The position numbers and the translations under genes were made by a program. A stretch of DNA of 63,882 bases, filler included, from Cercozoa sp. M6MM (lineage: Eukaryota > Protista > Endomyxa: Ascetosporea), in assembly GCA_040357565.1 (NCBI GenBank). It is 10 parts of 10 records of this genome, joined end to end, with 100 filler letters (N's around TTAATTAATTAA, not from the genome) between each part and the next. Parts side by side here need not be neighbours in the genome. Positions count along the whole stretch, not along the records: positions 49,414 to 60,735 come from JBDODJ010000406.1; positions 60,836 to 62,365 come from JBDODJ010002005.1; positions 62,466 to 63,882 come from JBDODJ010002040.1; 7 more parts are not named here. One strand, written 5' to 3'. Shown here in pieces: positions 52,701 to 63,882 of the stretch. How positions within the stretch are numbered: position 1 is the first letter of the stretch; every line of letters starts with the position of its first letter. The notes under the pieces are model-generated. The model was not told the origin of the DNA. It did not search any database and was given only the letters and a program-made list of their open reading frames with translations.

Positions 52701-54023
52701 CTTTCCGCACCAGCACCGCGCAACATTCGCTGCGTCGGTAACGAACCATAACGCATCAGCTCCATCAACACCAGTAGTCGCTCGCTGCTTTCTTCAACAC
52801 GACTGCTGTCCGGGTGCAACGGTGGTCGTCCAGGCGGCGCTGTCTCTTGCGACAGAGTCGTCTTCGGCAGTTGCACACAGCCAAAATATCGCACCACCCG
52901 CTCATGTTGAAGTCCTGTTTGTACAACGCGCGTCAGTAACCAATAAAACCAGAGAATGAAGCGTACCACGCAAAATCTCCATTTCGGTTCGAAGCGCATC
53001 AATGCGTCTCTTTTGATCGCTGCCATCGCGCAGTTCGACCACTTTCGCGGCGCAGTCGTTGCCAGCAAAGCGGCACCTCCGGACCTCACCGTACGCACCT
53101 CTTATTTTCGAAATTGTATTCATTTTGTCACTCAAGAGAAGAGACAGAGCGGAACAACTAACCTGCCCAAAACGTCCCCAAGCTCGACTCCTGCGCCAAC
53201 GGCGAAGTCATCGCCACTCCATTTCCTGCAACAGAGTCATAAAGTGCTTGGCGAGCAATAACTCAAAGGCAGTGTACATGTCCGCAGAGAGCGACATGGC
53301 ATGCCGAACTTTCGAAGGAGCCGAGATTGAGTCACCTACGTCAAAATTTACACGAGGAACCATTGAAAAGCGAAATCAACAAGACGAAAAGGCGAAGCGG
53401 CGAAAAAGCACCAGCAACACGTCGCACAAGATCACCGAAAGCAACGAGCCAGACCTTGCGCCCATCGCCAGCACACTCTTGCACGAGTTCCTCGCCGGCT
53501 TCTTTAGCGCTCTCGCCTGTGAATAGCGCACAGACCATTGATTTCAATGAAAAAAACCGGTCACATGAACAAACTTGTTTGCAACAACCTGTTCGACTGA
53601 GTCGAAATGAACCAAAAAGAAAGCTATACCCTCCTTTTCGATCGCGTCTTGCAACGATTCAAGCGATTTCCGCTCTGCAGCGGCGTTTGGCAGCTGCAGG
53701 TCCAGCGTCCTTGAGGCAAACTTGAGTAGAAATCGACGCGCGTCGCTTTCGTCAGGTATCACTTGGTGCAACTCAGCACACGGCACACTGCTCGTGTGTT
53801 CACTGTCCGCCCAGCAAACACGTTCATCGCTCGACACAAAGACGCGGCGTGGTGCGCTATTGTTCTTCTTTTTGAGCTGCTTCTTGCGTTGGTGAAACTT
53901 TGTAAACTGTCCGCCTGTCGCCAACACGCGCGAGAGGATCGCCTGCCGCGCCTGCAGGCGAGCGCGAGCGTTCGAACGCAGCTCCTGAATACGAGCAGCA
54001 GAAGCGGCATCCGGCGACGACAT
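49798..54023 (-). CDS. Ser/Thr protein kinase (STE/MAP3K-like) with N-terminal PH-like domain, C-terminal coiled coil and TM tail
   Basis: PH-like GGQFTKFH..PRRVFVSSDERVCW..RFLLKFASRTLDL. Kinase LGRGAYGEV, AAKVV, HERVVRYFG, HGDIKADNVL, IKLADFG, AGTPLFMAPE, DMFAFGC, KRPTAQQVL. Phase-consistent exons continue through the coiled coil to IPMLPLIAVAIACVLVLLLLPAN..TAG. Confidence 0.82.
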
Positions 54024-55849
54024 CTTCCGCGCGGCCACACACACTCAGCCGAGAAGCAAAAGACTGGCCGACAAATAAATTGTGATGTGGCAAGACAAAG
54101 TCCCACGTTCGCCGTTGCAGCTCAGCAGAGCCACTGCACTAACTACAGCACGCCTCAGCTAACACCCCTAGGCCAATCGCGATATCTTGATCGTTTTGTT
54201 AATTAAGGGTGCGTAAGAGTGAATTTTTGTCAGTTTTTCGGGAGTTGGACTAGCGTTGTGCATGTACACGAATGTACTGCACTAATACTGTATCGCATCC
54301 TTTTTGGAGGATGAACGGAAAGTCGAATAAATCAGCGATCACTGAAGTTCTTATTATTTCAAGTTGATGATGTACTTGTATTCGTTCGCCGCGACGCAGA
54401 GCGCATTCGCGTTGCGCACGCGTCTTTCGTCGAGCACTATTTTTGTGCAACATACAGCAGTATAGGCAAACCTCCAGCAAACACTGGTTGCACGTCAATG
54501 CGTACCATTTGACCGCGCGCGAAAGCGTTCACAGTGGAAGCTGTGGTGCCTTGGACCTGTCCGACACAGAGCAAAATATCAGGGATTTTCAGTGCTGTAG
54601 ACATTGTACAGAAGCTGGGATTGACTCGGCGCTCTACATTGTAGGCCTGGAGCTGTTCGCACGGATGTTGCAGTCGCCGCATGCGTCGCTTGTACCTCAC
54701 CTGGCCTGACTCGCTTCCTGGTGGCAAAGCGCGCATCAGGAGTCGAGATCTGGTTCAAAAGGAGGTACTTTTGTGCGGGGTGGCGTCGCCAACACCGAGA
54801 TTGGCAGCGAGTACTCGAAGCACGGTACGGGCACCTCTGCCCACTACGGCCGCATGAGCGTTAAACTTACAGAGTGTCGGTGAGGAGAGGTACACACGCC
54901 AGACGGCACATTTTCTCGATCTATACGTGCTGCGTACTTGGTCAACAACATCGCAATTCTCAACAATCGTTTCGTATGTTCCTAAGACAAGCCGAGGGCA
55001 AATTGATACGCTATTGGCACGAGTACAGGCTGATGTACGATGTCAGCAGCATAGAGAGAGCGTGTATCGGCGCACAAGGACATGACGAAGAAGGCGTTGA
55101 TGACGACTTCCAAGGCAGAGGCACCAGCAAATTCATCTGGCTCTTCTGCACAATGTACGGTAAAGTACACATATCTGAGGCTTCTATTTTGTATACAGGA
55201 TGTACGGTCAGTGAGATCGTTGTCGCACTCGGCTTGGGCACATTTGAGGTAGGTAAGTTAAATTAAGTAGTTCCAATTATCACAGGAAAACAGAAGAGAT
55301 GGCTACTGCATGAGCCATTCGGCACTTCCTAACCGGGTCGGCTCCAAACTAAACTTAGGTTTTTAGTACAAGTGAAGGGTGCAACCGTGCAAGACTAATT
55401 ACACTGTACCTCCAGGAGTAACCGCACGACATCCTCCGATGCACACACGTTTACAGCTTGGTGCAGAGCAGTGCCATACAGTAACGACTCTTGGTTTACG
55501 TAGGAATGCATGAGGCGTCTCCGTTCGATCTCGTTGCTCTAAAGATACACATCAGTTGCACGCTCCAGTTGTACACATCAGTCGCACGCTTCAGTTGTAC
55601 ACATCAGTGTGCAGTACAGAAAGCCGGCAGATGTGCGCATAAGCTGAGTGCAGCACCCGACTCACCCGATCGAAGCTTCCTAAAGATAAAGAAACTGGAA
55701 AAATTTACTTCTTAGCACCTAAAGGACTCAGGTACCATGTGAAGCAGCGCCGATCAAAGGTGTTAGTCCGTTGCCGTTGCACACCAGAGGGTCGGCACCC
55801 ATCGTGAGCAAGGAGTTTAGTGCCTCGTCTTGCCGGATCTACTTCACTC

Positions 55850-58000
55850 AGTCCCAAGTAATTGAGAACCAAAAGTAGGGACTGTAGAGTCGCTAGGGTG
55901 GATTACAAAAAGAGACGCCAGCAACAGTGGTCGCTGCGGCATGCGAAGAAAACGCGGACATGGTCGTCTTCTCTGAGTATGTAATTTTAGTGTAAATTAC
56001 TTTGTATACTCAGATAAATTTAGAGCAGGAACGGTACTTGGTAGCAAACTGTATTCCTATTGTCCATCTCCTCGTTCATGTCCATTCCAATCTAAGTTTA
56101 CACACCACGTGTGTCTAAATTTACATGGAGGTCTGAGATAGTTGGTACGTTGGTAAGGTAGCTAACAACGTCGAATCGCGATGTCATTGCGGATGCCAGT
56201 GTGAGCAGTGATGCCTACAGGGCTACGGATATACAAGGTACTTCATTTCAACCTGAAGGCTGTACCTTGCACAAGGTCGCTGGGGACACTCTTGCGTACG
56301 AAGACTACAAGTGGTACATCAACTGCTTTTTAGAGCACCCTCCACGGGGATGTGTTTTGATTACCCGTTTCATAAGTGTGCCAGTGCGCATGATGACCGA
56401 AGAAACCGATGAGAGATTCAAACCGAATTCTTGCATCAGTTTGAGCACTTTTGCGACAGATTTTCCGTTCAGTTTCGGCGACAACATCGCCGCTTGCGCC
56501 TGTGAAACAATAGTCAGGTGTAATTCGGAAGAGTGCTAAAGGATAACTTACAGGGCTGTCGATGCGCAGAATGACGTTATGCGACAGCATGACGTACTGC
56601 TCGCAGTGCAACAATGTTCGGTCATGCAGCAGCAGCTGTCGCATCGTTTTTAGGTCGCCACAGCTACGTATACTCTTGCTCACATTATCTCCCAACTATC
56701 CAGGCGCAAATTAACTTGTACCGAACAGCGACGAACCATGCGTTTTTCAGAACAAACGAATGCACTTCACCAGATCGGTTTGCCTGTCGAGTAGTCATGT
56801 ATAGTTAGACTCAAGTGATCTCAAGACAGTTAAATTGTTGCACCTCGATCAGCTTGCGAATGTAGTGCGGAATCTCATGCCGACGAATCGAGCGAACCTG
56901 ACTGCAAAACCACAGGCAGTTTTTTGTCACTCAGTTCAATTACTGCACACAAAATGAAGTAAATTTACTTGCGGTCGCGAGCAAGATGCCGAAACACCGG
57001 CAAATACGACGGGCAGAAGAAATAAGACGTTGCGCTGCGACAGAGGATCTGCGACGCGCCCTTCAAAAACAAACACTTTACTTTAAGTTTAGTTCAGTTT
57101 AAACTTAATATGAAAACTAAATTTAGAACATGACTGGAGGTACGTACTGTGAGTTGCTGTCGGTGTCTCAGACTGCACTCTTTGCACAACGAATCTGACT
57201 GTTCTTTTTGTGTGTGACACCGTCTGCATACCGCCGGCAGACATCATTCAGTTCAGTTCTCAGTCAATCAGAGTCAATCGAGAATTCTGACTGAAAGAAA
57301 CACACCTAAACGGCATGCAACGTGGCCCTTGCTGCATTAGCGAATCCAACACGTTGATGTCGTCCAGTGACATGCCCACAAACTGGTACTTTGCCTCCTG
57401 AGTTCCAAGACGGTTCTCTGTCTCTTGGGCAGTTGACCTGGAGCTCGGATCGATCACAGTGTTCATGCCAATCACTGCCTCTTGCGCCAGCGCCAACGCA
57501 TCGTACTGCAACAACACTTATGCACAGATCTAGATGCGTTGGGAAAACTGTGTGCGGCAAAAATCGTGAGGTACAAAGTGGTCAGTTGGTCCGGACGGTT
57601 CTCCAACGGTCATCTACAGAGAAGGTACCGAATTGCACACATTTGCGCAGGGTTCGTATTTTACCTGTCATGCGTACCTTAAGCGCATGCCAGCACCTCT
57701 CAGATCGGCGCTATAGCAACGGAAAAGCAAAATCGGCGCTCCGGACAACTGATCGAAGAATAAAGAAATAGCACACTGACTCCAAACAGCGCGTAGAGCA
57801 CCGTGGCTGTGTCTTCATTGTGAAGTACGTTGTTTTTAGTTGTTTTATTTGCGTGCGATGCACTGTGCCTGGCAATAATTGCAGGCACAAAATTGAGAAT
57901 TAGCTTCACTTCCTGGATTGCACAAGAGTGGCGAAAAATAACTCTGACAGTCTGTGTTTATAGTGCTTTCACGTGTGAGACACTCCAGAGGCCTACTTAG
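55850..58000 (-). CDS. Hypothetical multi-exon gene; boundaries approximate
   Basis: Exon-like frames 57260-57517, 56550-56695 and 56305-56500 with GT/AG bounds. No family recognised. Confidence 0.3.
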
Positions 58001-58122
58001 ACGAGTAGCATCAAGTTCTTTGCAAAATCGGGCCCAGCGACGCGTTTTGTCTGCCCAGTTTGGTATCATCTGATGAGTTTCACAACGGTATGTCATGCAT
58101 TTCCATAGAAACGACGAAAGAG

Positions 58123-60019
58123 ATGGCGCAATCCGTGTCGCCCGAAGTGTACATTGAAAAAAATTGAAAGGCCGCGATTGAAAGGCCGCGATTGAATGTG
58201 TCTCGGCGCAGGGTGACCTTTGACGAGTTCCCGGTGACTGGGCTGTTGCCCAAGGACAGCACACAGGTATCCGTGCGTATGCTTACAAATACAAAGACTG
58301 TAAATGTATCCTGCGCAAAGGCATCGAGCTTCCGCGCGGAGACTCAATGTGACGGTCGTCGTGCACGCATCGCAGTGTTGTAAGTTTATCTGGGGGGGGG
58401 GGGTGGGGGTAAGGGTATGTCCATGTTCGAGTTGAGTGCAGCGACACTGGCGTCGACCTTGGCTGTGCTGGTCTGCAGGTTACCACCGAGGTACTCCCAC
58501 GTGATACATGTCACTCTGGCTGACTTGTGACTGACTTGACTGCATGTGCACCAGGGCAAGCGCAAGGTGATCGAAGCAGTCGACTGCAGCGGTGCAGGCG
58601 ACACGGCCATGACTGACGCTGCCGTTGCCGAGGATGGCACTCTCACGTGCACCCACTCTCTCCCCCTTTTATACTCCTGTCTTTCCAGTGTAGCCACCCC
58701 TGAGTGTAGACTCAAGTCGGGTCGCAAGGTCCAGGTGCCGGAGACATGGGAAGCTACCGAGTTCAGTATGTTAATTGCCCTTCCCTTTAGCCCTCCCATT
58801 TATATCTGTACCTCCACCCTGAGCAGAGACCGGTCTCAAGCACGCCGCCGACTTCTTCCCGGGTCCGCTGATGAAGCGTATCAAGGTACCCACCTCGACT
58901 GCAGCGTTTCTCTCCCTGAGGTCTAATGCCTTCAGGATGTCCGCGCGGATGAGTTCAAGTCTCAGCGCGAGCAGCTGCGCGCCGAACTGCTGCGTCAGAA
59001 GAGCGACGAAAACGAAAAGGAGCAGAAAACGCTGATCGACGAGTTCGACGCGCTGGCGCAGGTAGTCCTATTCTTTACCCCCCCCCCTTGCCCCTTCATT
59101 TACCCCCATATCCCCTACCCCTTACCCACCCTTATCCCACTCATTTATCCTCCTTTTACTCCCTTCCTGCAGGAGGACTTTGGACCAGTGTACGACGTGA
59201 TCGCGTGGAAGAAGAACGACGGTGCGTTGTCAGCGTCACACGTGTCTGACTGACTGACTGACTGACTGACAGCGTCTATGCTGGATGGGGATGTCTTGTG
59301 TGCAGAGTGGTACGCCACTCTTCTCGAGTACGGTCGCGATGTCGCCGAGGCACTGCCGCCGATGCGCAACTTCCGCGTGGCGCAGGTGCTTTATCTCGGT
59401 TACCCCCCCCCCCCTGTTACCCCCTTTACCCCCCTGTGCAGGAGTCGGCGCAGCTGTGCGCGCAGAGTCAGCTGCACGTGGCACTGAACACTTACGACGA
59501 CGGCAATGTCGTCTCCGTTGTGGTACTGCTCTTGTACACTCGTGTGTCTAGTTGGACCTGTCCAAATATAGCTATCCGTATGTACGTGTACATCTGTACA
59601 TATGCATAGGCACCGAACGGTTCGCACGGTACGCACGTCGCCGGCATCGCCTCTGCGCACTTCCCGGACGCTGCGTATGTTGCTTACCTCTTGTTTACCC
59701 CCCCCCAGATGTGTTTGTGTGTGTTGGCAGTGACGGTCACCTGGACGGTGTGGCACCTGGTGCACAGGTACATTGTGTCTCCCACTCGGCACGTGTCAGT
59801 TGGCACATGTGTGCGACTGGGTCAGGTGGTGTCCTGCGTGATTGGCGACTGCCGCGTCGGCACGATGGAGACGGTGCAGGCGCTGTCACGAGCCATGCGC
59901 GTTGCCGTCGAGATGCAGGTCGACGTCATCAGTACACTTTCCTCACACGCACCTTTTATCTTTTTATATCTACACCTCTGTACATGTATCTGTGGATATA
60001 TATATATATATATACATAT

Positions 60020-60054
<35 letters not shown>

Positions 60055-60735
60055 TTTGTTTATTTATTTATTTATTTATTTATTATATATATTTACATGC
60101 CTACTTTGTGTATAGATATTAACACATGTTGTTCATATGATAGACCTGTCCTACGGCGAGAGCATGGCGATTCACTCCAGCGGCTTCCTGCGCGACCAGG
60201 TGCGTACACACAACTGGGGGAGGGGGGTAAAGGGGCTGGAAACGTAACACTCGGTCTGCAGGTGCGCCAGCTGTCGCAGCAGCACGGCGTTCTCTTCGTC
60301 TCCTCGGCCGGCAACTCTGGTCCGGTACAAGGTCCCACATGGTCCAGTTTGGGCCAGTTGGCTGGTTCATCTGGACCAGTACTTGTTGTCCAGTTTGGAC
60401 ACGTTAATGTGTACAGTTGCTGAGCACGATCGGAGCGCCGGCAGCGACCTGTCCCGAAATGATGTCGATCGGCGCCTTTGTGGTATAGCTCCTTTTAACA
60501 TCCGTAAGGGTGCGACAAGCACGCCGTCCGTTTGTACGCAACAGACGCCGGCCATGCTGGCGGCCGAGTACAATCTGCTCAAGCACGAAAGCTTCGAGGA
60601 ACGCAACATGTTCACCTGGAGCAGTCGGTAGCACTGTTACCCCCTTACCCCTCCCCTTACCCCCCCCCCCCCGCAGTGGACCCAACGACGGCGGCGGTCT
60701 CGGCGTTTCCGTGTGCGCTCCGGGCGCTGCCATCA
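58123..60735 (+). CDS. TPP2: Tripeptidyl peptidase II (S8 family), 3' truncated
   Basis: FPVTGLLPKDSTQASSF..DGRRARIAVLDTGVD..GLQVTTEGKRKVIEAVDCSGAGD, DFGPVYDVIAW, SHGTHVAGIA, GVAPGAQVVS..IGDCRVGTMET, INLSYGE, FVSSAGNSGP, FTWSSSGPNDGGGLGVSVCAPGAAI. Confidence 0.95.
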
Positions 60736-60835
60736 NNNNNNNNNNNNNNNNNNNNNNNNNNNNNNNNNNNNNNNNNNNNTTAATTAATTAANNNNNNNNN
60801 NNNNNNNNNNNNNNNNNNNNNNNNNNNNNNNNNNN

Positions 60836-62365
60836 GGGTCTGGCCGATCTCGAGTGGCGTGGCACTGGTGTCTTACCCCTTTACCCCCCTTTACCGCCTC
60901 CTTTACCCTCCTTCACCCTCTTTCTCCCTTATCCCCTTTACCCCCTTACTCTCCTGGTTGATTAGGACTGTGTCACGAGTATCACAGTGAGCGCGATGGT
61001 AACGGACGATTGGTGCGTTTACCTCCCTGTTTACTCCATTTACCCCCTTACCCCTTAACCCCTGTTTGCCCCATTTACTCCCCCTTCCCTATACTCTCTT
61101 TCCCCTCTGTGCAGGTGCAATTCCCGCTACTGTTGGACTTGACGCACGCTCGTTTGTAGCCTCTTTTTAAGGGGTAAAGGGAGGAGTGAAGAGCCAGGGG
61201 GTAAACAGGCAGGGGGTAAAAAGATAGGGGTAAAGAGGTAGGGGTAAAGAGGCAGGGGGATTAAACGGGGGGAGGGGGGTAAGAATGTCCCGTGTGTCAG
61301 CAGCTGCGTGCGTCCGTCGAATTTGGACGAATTCGCGAGGCAGGCGGAGAAGCAGAAACTGCGCACTTTCAGCGCCGCCGGCGGTCTGCTGTCCGATGAG
61401 GTACCGTCCTTGTGTACCGTCTATGTGTACTGTACAAATGTACTGCAAAAGTATACTGTACAAATGTACTGCACAAGTGTCCTGCACAAGTGTACTGTAC
61501 AAATGTACTGCACAAGTGTACTGTACAAGTGTACTGTACAAGTGTACTGTACAGGTCGGCCTGGGCAAGTCCTTCTCGGTGATCTGCTTGGCGGTATATC
61601 GATGTAGATCGATGTAGATCGATGTCGATGATGTGGCTGTGGTTATACCCCCCTTCACTTGGATAGGTACTGAACCGTCGCGTGATGCCGACTGTTCGCG
61701 TTACGCGGGTACATCCATACCCTTTAACCCCCTCTTTACCCCTTACCCACTTTTTCCCCCTCCCCTCTTTCCCCTGCCCCCTCTTTCCCCAGGCCGTCAA
61801 GCCAAAGAGCAAGCGAGTCAAGAAATCGGCCAAGCCAGTGGTATCTTTGGCACTGGTCACTCTGAAGTGGTCACTCAGGAGTGGTGACTCAGAAGTGGTC
61901 TCAGTCAGAGTGCACGTGGTCACTGTGACTGAGTGCACGTGTGCAGAAGCACGTGGCACCGCAGGCGGCCAGTGACGGCAAGGTGCTGGTCAAGCAGGTG
62001 CGCGTCGACCGTGGACACGTGCAGACTGGTGCCACTCTCATCATGACACCCAACCACCTGGTCGGCCAGTGGCAGTCGGGTACACCTGCCCACCCCCTCT
62101 CAGTTGGCACGTGCCAACCAGTCACATTTGCGCAGAGGTCTCCCAGAAGACACGTGTGCCCAAGTCAAAAGTTATCGTGCTGTCCACCAAGCGGCAGCAT
62201 GAGAGTGTAGGCTTACCTCCCGTATCCCCTGACCCCCTTTACCCCCTTGCCCTTCTCCGTGTAGCTCAATGTGTACGACATCGTGCAAGCTGAGTTTGTA
62301 CATTTACTCCCCTTTTAACCCCCCCCTTTAACCCCCTTACCCCCCGTAGATGATAGTGTCGTACA
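60836..62365 (+). CDS. SNF2-family (RAD5/RAD16-like) helicase/ATPase, internal fragment
   Basis: GGLLSDEVGLGKSFSVICL (motif I), GATLIMTPNHLVGQWQSEV (motif Ia), AEFMIVSY. Confidence 0.8.
61401..61554 (+). repeat. Intronic 13-bp minisatellite (AARTGTACTGYAC)n
   Basis: Same unit as 34323-34447, filling the intron that splits DE/VGLGK. Confidence 0.9.
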
Positions 62366-62487
62366 NNNNNNNNNNNNNNNNNNNNNNNNNNNNNNNNNNN
62401 NNNNNNNNNTTAATTAATTAANNNNNNNNNNNNNNNNNNNNNNNNNNNNNNNNNNNNNNNNNNNNGGTAAAGAGGGGGGTAAACCCT

Positions 62488-63250
62488 ACCGATCAAGTGA
62501 TTGCGCCGCATGTTGTCACTGATCGATTTGAACGGATTGTGCAGCGCGTCCAACATGTCGATCGCCAACGCCGCGAACCATGCCTGGGGGGGGGGGGGGG
62601 TAAAGGGTAAACTGGGGTAAAGAGGACGGCAAACACACCTGCGACGCCAGCACCGAGAAGTGCAGCAACGCAGCATTGGCAACGCACGAGGTCTCGTCCA
62701 CGGTGTTGTCGTGGTAACTGCCAAAACACAAAAACAGAAATGACAAAAAACAAAAAACAAAAAACAAAAAAATCGATCCAACAAAAACTAGCTCTACCCG
62801 GCTGCCCACGCCCAGATCAGCGAAGCCGAGATGCCCAGGTTGCCTGCAACACAGCCAAACCGATGCTTAGCACTCAGTTTGCTATTAAAAAAATGATCGA
62901 TCAAAAACGACTGATCGACCAAAAAACAACTGATCATAACAACTCACACAGCGCGCGCCATGCGTTGAGCCGAGCCGGGTGCCGCTGCGTACGCTTCACC
63001 AGAAAGTACGTGCTCAGAACGAATACTAAAAACAAGGCACACAGTTCAGCAAAAGAAGTGACTCAGAGAACTATGTTGTACCTGACCCGATGACGGTTAC
63101 AATAGCACCGCCACCTGCCCAAAAAACCGCCACATAATTGATCGATTGGCCAGAGATAGCGATCATTGAACGAGTAACAAAAAATAAAACTATTGCCCAC
63201 GGCCACAAGAGGCAAACTCACCATAATACGGGTTCAAGTCCGTCGGCATG
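62488..63250 (-). CDS. 7TM receptor-like N-terminal fragment (TM1-TM3); start approximate, 3' truncated
   Basis: GGAIVTVIGSVFVLSTYFLVKRTQRHPARLNAWRALC..LGISASLIWAW..TSCVANAALLHFSVLASQAWFAALAIDMLDALHNPFKSISDNMRRNHLI. Confidence 0.6.
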
Positions 63251-63519
63251 TTAACTACAATGGCATAGCACACTGTCACGCACACGTCTGCTTCTGTTCT
63301 CTAAGTAGGAGCCGAAGAGGACTGCAGGCCGGGCGCAGGGCGCGACTTGGAGTCCAGTTGGACTTCTCGAGCCTGATGGCGAATTGATGCACGAAAACAG
63401 GATTAGAGGACTTCACTGTCGATAGCATAGTGCACGGACACTGGTGGAACATTGAAGCCGCGAGTGTAACATCTCGGGATCGGAAGGGAGCAAAAACCGC
63501 CTCGAAAACCACAGATTAA

Positions 63520-63860
63520 ATGTCGGACGACGCGCGCGTCGAGCAGCTCCGATCGCGCCTGGTGGCCTTCTACCAGGTGCCGCGCCAACAGCCTAGTTTG
63601 TGGGGATTTTTCTGTTCCTTTTTCTCTGGGAAGAATGCTCAAACTGGCAGGTGCACAATCCGGAAAAGCTGCGCAATCAGGACGAGATCGACAAAACCGT
63701 GCGTCGCTACGTCGGCAAGGTTTACCCCCCTGTTTACCCCCTTTGCACCCCTCTTTACCCCCTCTTTACCCCTCTTTACCCCTCTGTACCCCTTACACAG
63801 GAAGACAAGCTGTTCCGCGATCTCGAAAAGAAATACGTCGACAAGCGCTACCGCACGCAG
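63520..63860 (+). CDS. Protein starting with an RLxxFYxxHNPEKL..YxGKEDxLFxxLEKKY helical domain (3' truncated)
   Basis: MSDDARVEQLRSRLVAFYQ/VHNPEKLRNQDEIDKTVRRYVGK/EDKLFRDLEKKYVDKRYRTQ across three phase-0 exons. Confidence 0.7.
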
Positions 63861-63882
63861 GTAACTTGGGGGGGGGGGGGGG

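Noticed and set aside
61401-61554. CRISPR-like repeat array
   Set aside because: Head-to-tail 13-bp units without unique spacers, inside a spliceosomal intron.

Overview
This is eukaryotic, probably protist, genomic DNA rather than prokaryotic. The window is ten contigs/scaffolds joined by an artificial N-run/TTAATTAATTAA/N-run linker, so adjacency is only meaningful within a contig. Genes are densely packed and split by many short (mostly ~50-90 nt) GT-AG introns that often hold microsatellites, so the six-frame ORF track is mostly misleading. All gene models below are manual splicings. Recognisable genes: a catalase-like-domain/lipoxygenase fusion, Ric-8, a front-end (cytochrome b5-fused) fatty acid desaturase, SRP receptor alpha, a PH-FYVE protein, AP-4 beta, an Erv41/46-type protein, LSm6, an OFA-type MFS transporter, a SAM methyltransferase, a G-alpha with a long C-terminal tail, a myotubularin tail, a WGR-like protein, a PH-kinase-coiled-coil-TM protein, tripeptidyl peptidase II, a SNF2 helicase and a 7TM-receptor-like fragment. 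There is also a small TA-flanked MITE. The best candidate for new biology is the ~6.2 kb minus-strand gene at 793-7008. It encodes an intron-rich, PLAT-less fusion of a catalase-related (AOS/HPL-like) heme domain to a lipoxygenase, with altered distal heme residues and a possible N-terminal membrane anchor. It sits on the same contig as Ric-8 and a PUFA desaturase.
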